Below, piece after piece: positions 56,254 through 64,000 of a DNA stretch of 64,000 bases. Source of the DNA: Patescibacteria group bacterium. Lineage in GTDB: Bacteria; Patescibacteriota; Minisyncoccia; Phycocordibacterales; JAKAEA01. Every line of letters begins with the position of its first letter. Within the stretch, counting starts at the first letter, position 1. The notes beneath the pieces are model-generated. The model saw only the letters and a list, made by a program, of their open reading frames with translations. It was not told where the DNA came from and did no database searches. The DNA lies in the NCBI GenBank assembly GCA_040387855.1, contig JAZKCY010000001.1, forward strand, positions 445,857-509,856, read 5' to 3'. The translations under genes were made by a program, and so were the position numbers.

Positions 56254-56333
56254 ATCCATCCTCGTACGAGCTATGGGACTGACACGACGGTGTCTCGAGA
56301 AACCCTATCACCAAGTATTATGCTCGTCAACAA

Positions 56334-56373
56334 AAATCACAGCAGCTTACCTGGGGGAAAGCTGCTGTGATTT
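56334..56373 (-). terminator. Intrinsic terminator
   Basis: AAATCACAGCAGCTT...AAGCTGCTGTGATTT stem. Confidence 0.8.
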
Positions 56374-56394
56374 GGTTGGGATTATTGAGTTGTT

Positions 56395-56496
56395 TTATTG
56401 TGAGAGAGTAAGTTTCCAAAGGTTTTCTGGAAATGATACGTTCTGCTTTTTACCGATACTGAAGAGAGTTGAAAAGAATTTTTTGATATCAAACAT
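56395..56496 (-). CDS. Small (33 aa) amphipathic peptide, absent from the ORF track
   Basis: MFDIKKFFSTLFSIGKKQNVSFPENLWKLTLSQ*, between an ECF-like promoter (56554-56581) and a terminator. Confidence 0.5.
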   Translation of the reverse strand: MFDIKKFFSTLFSIGKKQNVSFPENLWKLTLSQ

Positions 56497-56583
56497 ATGT
56501 TGTTTAATTAAGTATGTAATGTGAACTACATTCATCTTACCTATACAACATTAATAACGCATGAATCTGCTTTTTCTTACAAC

Positions 56584-58245
56584 TTAATTCTTCTTCTTAA
56601 TAGCTTTTTTTATATCTTCAAATGTTCCTCCCACTTTTTTGCCGGGATTAAATATATTTGTAGGATCAAACATAGTTTTTGTTTGCTTGAATAGCTCAAC
56701 AATGTCTGGTCCAAATTGTTGCAAGAGATACGGCGTTCGGATAATTCCGTCATTGTGCTCTGCTGTAATAGAACCTTTATATTCTTTTACAAGATCGTAG
56801 ATTTTTCCAGAAAGCTCGAGAATAATATCTGCTGAAAACGGAGAGTTGAGATCCATCAATGGAATAATGTGGAAGTTTCCGTTGCCCAAGTGACCCTGAA
56901 CTGTATAGTCTAGTTTGTATTGATCAAGAAGAGCTTTTACTTTTGGTAGAAATTCTGGAAGGTACTGTGGCTTCACAATAATGTCATCAATAAATGGTGC
57001 TGTTCTTTTATTCTTAACATGTTTTCTAAGCAAGTTGAAACTCTCATGTCGGATTCTCCAATACTTCTCTGCCTCTCCGCTTGAGTGAGCGATATGCATA
57101 TGGAACCCAAAGTGTTTGATATGATCATATACTTCTTGAAGTTCGCGTCGTACTTCTTCTTCTGTCTCACCGGTAAACTCAATCATGAGAATAAGTTTAG
57201 GTACACCTCCAGCGGCAATCATCCATGTTTCAGGAAGAAACTGAAGTCCAAGTTTCATTGCTCCCCAGAATCCCAATTGCTTGAAGAAATCGAAGAAGAA
57301 TCGTACCGCAAGGATCATACTCTTATCATCGAAGGTTTCGAGACTATCAGGCTTAAAAGGCACAATTTCTGTAACGAGTTTACTTACATCATCAAGTGAT
57401 GGAAGGAATACTACTAATATATTAGAAAAAGGCTGTGTTGGAACTATTTTAAAGGTAATTTCAGATACTATTCCAAGTGTGCCCTGAGATCCAACAATAA
57501 GCTGACAGAGATCAAAAGTTCCAGTCTCTTTGTTGTAGACATTCCACAAATAATATCCAGCAGAATTTTTTGAAACATCAGGTTTTGCCGCAACTATTTT
57601 TTCATAGTTATTTTGAATAAGTGTATTGAGGTCTTTGTAAAGATTTGTTTCAAATTCTGATTGTGTGTTTTGACCAGCAATTTTTGCTTCAAGTTCTGAT
57701 TTGGTGAGTGGCTTTATAGAATACTCATTTCCGTCAGCTAAAACTACTTTAAGTGCATTTATGTAATTTTCTGTTTTACCGTATTTAATAGCTTTTTCAC
57801 CCCCACTATTATTACCCACCATTCCTCCTACTGCATTGATTTCTCGTGATGCAGTAAAAGCTGGCATGAATCGGTTTATCTTTTTTGTCTCAGCATCAAA
57901 ATCTCGATAAAAACATCCTGGCATTACTACTGCATATTCAGGAGTAACTTCCTTAATAACATTCATGTAGCGAGTAAAATCGACAATGATAGAACTACCA
58001 ATAGCTCCTCCAGACATGTCTGTCCCTGCTGATCGAGCTGTAATAGAAAGAGTTGGATCTTCTTTTTTATGAATATTCACCCATTTCACCATTGTTTTAA
58101 TATCCTCAGCATCCTTTGGATACAAAACTACACGTGGTCGAATTTCAAAAAGACTGGCGTCATGAGAATACGTATCAAGGGTTGTATCTAATCCATCAAT
58201 GTCACCTTTAAAATCAGGTTTAAGCGATTCAAAAATAGAATTCAT
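56584..58245 (-). CDS. FAD-binding oxidoreductase (GlcD/D-2-hydroxyacid dehydrogenase family)
   Basis: RSAGTDMSG, GGMVGNNSGG, GSQGTLG, GHLGNGNFH, AEHNDG, FNPGK. Confidence 0.9.
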   Translation of the reverse strand: MNSIFESLKPDFKGDIDGLDTTLDTYSHDASLFEIRPRVVLYPKDAEDIKTMVKWVNIHKKEDPTLSITARSAGTDMSGGAIGSSIIVDFTRYMNVIKEVTPEYAVVMPGCFYRDFDAETKKINRFMPAFTASREINAVGGMVGNNSGGEKAIKYGKTENYINALKVVLADGNEYSIKPLTKSELEAKIAGQNTQSEFETNLYKDLNTLIQNNYEKIVAAKPDVSKNSAGYYLWNVYNKETGTFDLCQLIVGSQGTLGIVSEITFKIVPTQPFSNILVVFLPSLDDVSKLVTEIVPFKPDSLETFDDKSMILAVRFFFDFFKQLGFWGAMKLGLQFLPETWMIAAGGVPKLILMIEFTGETEEEVRRELQEVYDHIKHFGFHMHIAHSSGEAEKYWRIRHESFNLLRKHVKNKRTAPFIDDIIVKPQYLPEFLPKVKALLDQYKLDYTVQGHLGNGNFHIIPLMDLNSPFSADIILELSGKIYDLVKEYKGSITAEHNDGIIRTPYLLQQFGPDIVELFKQTKTMFDPTNIFNPGKKVGGTFEDIKKAIKKKN

Positions 58246-58252
58246 GAAAAAA

Positions 58253-58477
58253 TTAATTAGGAATTATTTTATGCCAATTTGCTGCGAGGAAATCCTGCGC
58301 GTATGCCCAGCCATGTTGAGCCCCTTCGAGTGTCATTGTCCAAAAGTATTCTAAATTACTTCGTACAACTGGTCCTGAAAGAAGATTTTTAATATCAATA
58401 TTAAAATATCCCAAAATGATGAGTGCAATGACTACCAGAACTATGGTATCGATAAAGCCAGAAGATTTTCTGTTCAT
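58253..58477 (-). CDS. Small membrane protein with pilin-like N-terminus
   Basis: MNRKSSG|FIDTIVLVVIALIILG; TAATG overlap with the M23 gene. Confidence 0.6.
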   Translation of the reverse strand: MNRKSSGFIDTIVLVVIALIILGYFNIDIKNLLSGPVVRSNLEYFWTMTLEGAQHGWAYAQDFLAANWHKIIPN

Positions 58478-59769
58478 TAGAGGTATGATAGTGGGTTTAA
58501 ATACGCTTTCAAGTCGGCAATTGGCATAACATAGGTTCCTCCACATGCTGCACTTTTACGAGATACTATTTGTACACCTTGTGATGCGTATACAGTGAAA
58601 TGGAGATGCGGTCCTGTTGAGTATCCTGTGTTACCACTATAGCCTATCACATCTCCTGGATTCACGTTATCCCCTTTGCTCACCTGAATTGAGGATAAGT
58701 GAGCATACAGCGTTGAAAGACCATTGGTATGAGTAACCATTATCCATTTACCAAATGATGCACCAGGACATACCGTATCTGTATCACCTGATCCTGCAAC
58801 TGTTCCTACACCAGCTGACATAATTTTAGTTCCGACAGGAATTCCAATATCAATTCCGTTGTGACCTTTACCACTATAGGCATTGGTTGTTCGAGAAAAT
58901 GCAGTGTCACCGAATGTTTGAGTTACCGTTCGTTTTGCTGTGGGCCATGCGAGTACTCCAGGCTTTGCCCCAGGAATACTTGCTGGATCAATGGCAATTT
59001 TGAGCTGAGATTCAAAATTAAGAAGTTCTTTTTCGAAAGCTGCACGTGCTGCCTTTTTATTTGCAATTATAGTTTTATAATTTGATTCCTGATTTTTTGT
59101 CTGAGCTAAAACCTTATCTTTCTCATTTTTTGTTAATGTAACTGATGTTTTTTGACTTGAAAGATCAGACTGGAGTGTGAGTAATTCTTTTTTCTGGGCT
59201 TCAGTGAGCTGCTTATTTGTTTCAAGTCCTACTTTTAATTTTTGAAGCTCAAGTAGATGTTCTTGTATTTTTACTCTAAATTGTCCCTGTGTTTCTATTT
59301 CATTTGAAAAATCAGAAAGATTTCTATACTTAAACAGTGATTCAATAAGAGATACACTGTCATTTTCGCTCATTCGCTTAAGTGACTGTGCTAGTACCTC
59401 TCTACTACGCAAGATACTACTTTCTTGTTTTGAAATGTCAGATGTTAAAACCTGAATTTGGTTATTAGTCGTACCAATCTTAGTCTGTGTGAGTTCTATG
59501 TCTGTGGCTAGTTTTTTGCTGTTGAGATCAAGCTCTCTAATACTTCTTTGCAAGCTCAAAGCCTGGGCACTTGTTTTATCAAGTTCCTGGTTGTATTGAG
59601 CAATTTCTGCTTCAAGACGTTTTATAAGATCGCCATGAGTATCAATCTTGTTTTTTAAGTCTTCTACATCACTTGTTTGTGCCTGAGAATACTTAGCTAC
59701 AACAAAACTACCAATAGCAAACGTACTTATTAATATGAATATAAAAGATAGTAGAGCTTTACGATACAT
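58477..59769 (-). CDS. Coiled-coil M23 family peptidase (EnvC-like)
   Basis: Signal peptide, long coiled coil, HNGID, YAHL, STGPHLHF. Confidence 0.9.
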   Translation of the reverse strand: MYRKALLSFIFILISTFAIGSFVVAKYSQAQTSDVEDLKNKIDTHGDLIKRLEAEIAQYNQELDKTSAQALSLQRSIRELDLNSKKLATDIELTQTKIGTTNNQIQVLTSDISKQESSILRSREVLAQSLKRMSENDSVSLIESLFKYRNLSDFSNEIETQGQFRVKIQEHLLELQKLKVGLETNKQLTEAQKKELLTLQSDLSSQKTSVTLTKNEKDKVLAQTKNQESNYKTIIANKKAARAAFEKELLNFESQLKIAIDPASIPGAKPGVLAWPTAKRTVTQTFGDTAFSRTTNAYSGKGHNGIDIGIPVGTKIMSAGVGTVAGSGDTDTVCPGASFGKWIMVTHTNGLSTLYAHLSSIQVSKGDNVNPGDVIGYSGNTGYSTGPHLHFTVYASQGVQIVSRKSAACGGTYVMPIADLKAYLNPLSYL

Positions 59770-61216
59770 GAGCAACTTTTTCTAGTGCTCTCTTGAGACG
59801 AATGATGGTCTCTTCTTTTCCTAGTAATTCAGCAAGGACAAATGGATCTGGTGATTTGTCTTTTCCAGAAAGTGACACTCGTGTGGGCCACAATACTTCA
59901 CCTTTTCCTTCTTCAGTCGCATAATTCCAGAGAGCGTCTTTAATTATATCTTTTTTGAAGTTATTTTCATCCACAGTTTCAATAAGTTCAATCACTTTTT
60001 GCAAACGACGGCTTGTTGCATCAGTATCTACTGTTCCTTTCCAATACAACATTTCTGTTTTATACTCAGGTGCAGCAAAAACATAGTCTATTTCACCTGT
60101 TTCAATCATGGCACTTATTTCTCCAAAAGTATGAATTCGTTCAAGAATAATTGGAGTTATTTTTTCAAGCATATCTTGTGAAAGTTCTTTCTTTGCATCA
60201 AGTCTCTTCTTAACTTCAGCAATAACAGTCTCCTTTGGGAGCATAGTTATATACTCTTTATTGAACCACTTTAGTTTTTCTTCATTAAATTTCCCTCCAC
60301 TCACCTGAATTTTAGAAATATCAAATGTCTTTATGAGATCTTCTTGTGAAAAGACTTCCTGTTCTGTTCCTGGATTCCAGCCAATAAGTGCCAAAAAGTT
60401 CATCATTGCTTCTGGAAGCACTCCTTCATTTTTATAATCAAGAACATCTTTGGCACCATCGCGCTTTCCAAGCTTTTTCTTTCCATCTGGGCCCATAATT
60501 GGAGGTAGTGTCGCAAATGCTGGACGATCTATTCCAAGAGCATCATAAACAGATAAGAATTTTGGAGTTGAAGAAATAAATTCATCAGCTCGAAGAATGT
60601 GAGTTACACCCATTTCAAGATCATCAATAATGTGAGCAAAATTGTAGGTGGGATATCCATCACTCTTAATAAGAATAAAGTCATCAATGGCTTCTTCACC
60701 AGCTGTAAGTTCACCACGAACTAAATCAGTCCAAGCATGAGACTTTACTTCAGCTTTAATTCGCAATGGCTGTGTGCCATCCCATGCTGGAGGATTCTCT
60801 GGACGATATTCTCTATATAAAAATGGCTTTTTAGATTCCTCAGATTTTTTTCTGAATTCATCAAGCTGTTCTTTTGTATATGGATCTGCATATGCAAGAC
60901 CCTTGTCTACAAGAATCTGTGCATACTTTTTGTATGATTCTAATCGTTGAGACTGAATATATGGACCGTGCGGACCTCCAATATCAGGACCTTCTTGCCA
61001 TGTAATTCCAAGCCACTTTAAGGACTTTATAATGTGTTCAATAGATCCTTCTACTTCTCGTTCTTTATCTGTATCTTCGATTCGGAGGATGAAAGTACCA
61101 TTATTTTTCTTAGCAAAAAGCCATGCAAATAATGCTGTTCGTACGCTTCCCACATGCATAAATCCGGTAGGACTTGGGGCAAAACGTGTAACTACTGGTT
61201 TAGATTCTGAATTCAT
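59759..61216 (-). CDS. gltX: Glutamate--tRNA ligase
   Basis: TRFAPSPTGFMHVG, LRIEDTD, KKLGKRDG. Confidence 0.96.
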   Translation of the reverse strand: MNSESKPVVTRFAPSPTGFMHVGSVRTALFAWLFAKKNNGTFILRIEDTDKEREVEGSIEHIIKSLKWLGITWQEGPDIGGPHGPYIQSQRLESYKKYAQILVDKGLAYADPYTKEQLDEFRKKSEESKKPFLYREYRPENPPAWDGTQPLRIKAEVKSHAWTDLVRGELTAGEEAIDDFILIKSDGYPTYNFAHIIDDLEMGVTHILRADEFISSTPKFLSVYDALGIDRPAFATLPPIMGPDGKKKLGKRDGAKDVLDYKNEGVLPEAMMNFLALIGWNPGTEQEVFSQEDLIKTFDISKIQVSGGKFNEEKLKWFNKEYITMLPKETVIAEVKKRLDAKKELSQDMLEKITPIILERIHTFGEISAMIETGEIDYVFAAPEYKTEMLYWKGTVDTDATSRRLQKVIELIETVDENNFKKDIIKDALWNYATEEGKGEVLWPTRVSLSGKDKSPDPFVLAELLGKEETIIRLKRALEKVAHVS

Positions 61217-61245
61217 AGACCTGTACTATACCACAACTATTTAAA

Positions 61246-61758
61246 TTAGGGATTGCTATAACAACCAGGTTGATCCCAATAACTTGTATATCCTGCACTT
61301 CCCATTCGCTCAGAAGTTGCACCACCACTACCCACACAAAAGTATGCGCCCTTACTTGGCAGCCATGCCATTACTGAGTAATAAGAATTAAAGTTTATTG
61401 CGGTTCCTATATGCAATTTATATTGACCACCTAATGGACTTGTTGCGGCAGAATTTGTAACAATAGCATTGCAAAGTTCTATCGCTTTTGCAGCATAGGT
61501 ACCAGCAATACCTATACCCGAACAAGAACCAACATCTGCCCATCCTTTCTGAAGGTTTGCATAACTTCCTGTGTCATTAAATTCTTGTTCCAATAAAGTA
61601 CGGTATTGGATAACTGCAGACTTTATCGCTGTATCTCGAGCCTTAAGTCGTGCTGTATTTAAACTAGCGAGCACCACAGATGAAAGCAATCCAATAATCG
61701 CTATTACTACTAATAGTTCTATGAGGGTAAAACCTTTTTGATTATTACGCTTACTCAT
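61246..61758 (-). CDS. Type IV pilin
   Basis: KG|FTLIELLVVIAIIGLLSSVV class III signal. Confidence 0.93.
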   Translation of the reverse strand: MSKRNNQKGFTLIELLVVIAIIGLLSSVVLASLNTARLKARDTAIKSAVIQYRTLLEQEFNDTGSYANLQKGWADVGSCSGIGIAGTYAAKAIELCNAIVTNSAATSPLGGQYKLHIGTAINFNSYYSVMAWLPSKGAYFCVGSGGATSERMGSAGYTSYWDQPGCYSNP

Positions 61759-62035
61759 TAGATGTATTCATTCTAACTCTATCTAATTCCATTTGACGAA
61801 TAACTTCAGGATTAGCATCTGGTGTACTTCTAATTCCAATTACAAAATACACAAAAATAAAAATAGAAAGAACTACACATGCAATAATAATTCCAATAAG
61901 TGTATGGTGCGCATACGCTTCTTTTACTCCCATTTTTTTAAGACCGCGAATCATTGCCGGAGTCTCAGGTGCTCCAAAGATCTTTCTTGATGAATACTGA
62001 TTAAGTTGTTCTTCAGATTCAAATTCTACAGACAT
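61751..62035 (-). CDS. Hypothetical single-TM protein
   Basis: 94-aa ORF between murG and the pilin. Confidence 0.65.
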   Translation of the reverse strand: MSVEFESEEQLNQYSSRKIFGAPETPAMIRGLKKMGVKEAYAHHTLIGIIIACVVLSIFIFVYFVIGIRSTPDANPEVIRQMELDRVRMNTSNE

Positions 62036-62037
62036 GA

Positions 62038-63165
62038 TTATTTTTCGTGACTAAGTGCAATAGATACAATTTCTTTAGCAATAGTATGAGCTGCATCAGT
62101 GCGTGCAAACTTTTTTGCTGAGTCTACCATTTTTTGATGGAGACCTTCTTTAGTCATAATTCGTTCAACTTCTGCTGAAAGTATATGTCCAGTAAGATTA
62201 TTTTCTTCAATTACAACGCCTCCTCCTTCACGGGCATAGCTATATGCATTGTTGTGTTGATGATTGCCATTTGAACTAGAAATTGGAATGAGAATTGCTG
62301 GTACTCCCCAAACAGCAATTTCAAAGATTGTAGATCCTGCTCGAGAGATAATTACGTCAGCAATTCCTGCAAGCATTCGGAGTGTTAGACTATCAACATG
62401 ACCAACTGCGTGATAGCGGGTTTTGTTGGGATTGTTTTGTAGAATAACTTTTGCAGTTTCTTGAACTGGAATCAAATTGTTTTCTCCTGTTTGATGATAT
62501 ACCTGATATTTCTGTAAAAGTTGGGGTAATGCATCAATAATAGTTTCATTGATGATCTGTGAGCCTTGTGAGCCTCCTAGGATGAGAATTAATGGCAGAC
62601 TGTTGTCGAGTTTTAGAAATTCATGAGCACCTTCTCGAGCTGTATGGATAACTTCCTGACGAACAGGATTTCCCGTAAATGCAACTTTTTCTGGTTTGAA
62701 ATATTGTGCAGCATCTGGATATGATACGGCAACACGTTGTGCAAATTTTCCTGCCCATGCATTTACTCGTCCAGGTACACTATCTGATTCATGAATAACA
62801 ACAGGAATTCTTAAAAATCTCGCAGCAAAGAGTGCTGGAAAGCTTACGTATCCACCTTTTCCAAATACAACATCTGGGTAAATCCAAAAGAGTTTCCATA
62901 CTGCCTTAAATGCTCCCCATGCTGTCTTAAACATATCGAGATAATTCAATAAAGAAAAATATCGTCGAGACTTTCCTGCAGCACATGGTACAAATGTCAT
63001 CTTGTTTTCAAATAACAATTCGCGATCGTATGGCTGTGGTGCCATGTAAAACAAATGCACTTCTGCGAGCTTTTCTTCTTTAGCTATTTGATTGATTGCT
63101 TGAGCAACAGCAATTACTGGATAAAAGTGTCCACCCGAACCACCTCCTGTTAGCAGAATTTTCAT
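62038..63165 (-). CDS. murG: Undecaprenyl-PP-MurNAc-pentapeptide GlcNAc transferase
   Basis: TGGGSGGHFYP, KGGYVS, HESD, TGNPVR, GGSQGS, SRAGS. Confidence 0.96.
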   Translation of the reverse strand: MKILLTGGGSGGHFYPVIAVAQAINQIAKEEKLAEVHLFYMAPQPYDRELLFENKMTFVPCAAGKSRRYFSLLNYLDMFKTAWGAFKAVWKLFWIYPDVVFGKGGYVSFPALFAARFLRIPVVIHESDSVPGRVNAWAGKFAQRVAVSYPDAAQYFKPEKVAFTGNPVRQEVIHTAREGAHEFLKLDNSLPLILILGGSQGSQIINETIIDALPQLLQKYQVYHQTGENNLIPVQETAKVILQNNPNKTRYHAVGHVDSLTLRMLAGIADVIISRAGSTIFEIAVWGVPAILIPISSSNGNHQHNNAYSYAREGGGVVIEENNLTGHILSAEVERIMTKEGLHQKMVDSAKKFARTDAAHTIAKEIVSIALSHEK

Positions 63166-63180
63166 ATGAATATAGTATAG

Positions 63181-64000
63181 CTAAGTTTTTTGAAATTTAG
63201 AAATGCTTAAAATGATACCTGCTTCTGCCATAGCAAAAAGCATTGCCGATCCTCCATGACTTACGAATGTGAGAGGAATTCCTGTAAGCGGAATCACCCC
63301 AATCATGGCGCCCATATTTATAAACGCTTGAGCGATAATGATTGTTACCAATCCCACACACAGCGTCATTCCAAATGTATCAGGAATACGTGCTGCAATT
63401 TTAAACCCACGCATTGCATAAACTAAAAATAATACAATCAGAAGTACTCCTCCAATGAAGCCGAATTCTTCAGATGCTACTGCAAATATTGAATCTCCAA
63501 TTGGTTCTGGGAGAAAGTTGAACTTTTGAATACTCTGACCAAAACCTCTCCCAAATACTCCTCCCGATCCAATAGCAATCATGGACTGCTGAATTTGATA
63601 ACCAGAACCAAGGGCATCTCGTGATGGATCAATAAAAGTAAGGATTCGGCCCATAAGATATGGTCGCATAAGTGCAAGGAGTGCAATACCAGCTATAGCT
63701 CCTACAAACAATAGAAATACATACCTCCATTTACCTCCTGCAGAAACAAACATCGCAAGTAGTGATGCGAAAATTACCATGAATGTTCCGGTGTCTGGTT
63801 GCTTGAGAATCAGAGCACCACAAATAAAGAGAATAATAAACAATGGCAATGCTCCCCATTTAAATGTTGTAATTTTATCTTTAACTGCTGTAATCCATGC
63901 TGCAAAGTAGATTACCGCACCTAGTTTAAGCATTTCGGACGGTTGAAACGTATATGGTCCAATATGAATCCAACGTGATGCACCTCCGTGACTAAAACCA
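63181..64000 (-). CDS. ftsW: SEDS peptidoglycan polymerase FtsW (5' end off window)
   Basis: GASRWI...FQPSE, KQPDTG, GYQ..QS..AIGSGG, PLTGIPL.FVSHGGS. Confidence 0.93.
   Translation of the reverse strand, partial: GFSHGGASRWIHIGPYTFQPSEMLKLGAVIYFAAWITAVKDKITTFKWGALPLFIILFICGALILKQPDTGTFMVIFASLLAMFVSAGGKWRYVFLLFVGAIAGIALLALMRPYLMGRILTFIDPSRDALGSGYQIQQSMIAIGSGGVFGRGFGQSIQKFNFLPEPIGDSIFAVASEEFGFIGGVLLIVLFLVYAMRGFKIAARIPDTFGMTLCVGLVTIIIAQAFINMGAMIGVIPLTGIPLTFVSHGGSAMLFAMAEAGIILSISKFQKT

Noticed and set aside
1-64000. Genetic code 25 (TGA=Gly)
   Set aside because: Conserved genes are full length under code 11, and TGA ends ORFs at expected positions (e.g. the EVE gene and ygjP)

Overview
AT-rich chromosomal window, genetic code 11, from a small-genome bacterium. 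Gene content (type IV pilus genes, class F sortase, DUF2339, CAP, GH130 pair, scattered rplU/rplI/rpmA, gltX-murG-ftsW) suggests Patescibacteria/CPR, Parcubacteria-like; this is an inference. No rRNA, tRNA, CRISPR array or transposase was seen. Main observations: (1) a complete type III hammerhead ribozyme (49520-49569) inside a GC-rich three-gene cassette; (2) about 11 GC-rich self-contained cassettes, each with its own TTGAC(T)-type promoter and usually a Shine-Dalgarno (SD) and terminator, in a backbone where several housekeeping genes look leaderless; (3) a repeat-rich locus at 37.2-39.6 kb with a catalytically degenerate tyrosine recombinase, a DUF3467-like gene between 27-bp inverted repeats, and an 11-6-11 dif-like site near where gene orientation converges; (4) a candidate ECF-sigma regulon motif TGTAAK-N16/17-CGT at six promoters; (5) a LexA palindrome filling the lexA promoter spacer, ahead of a Nudix-Nudix-rarA-ygjP-dinB cluster. 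All family assignments are by motif recognition; no database search was run.
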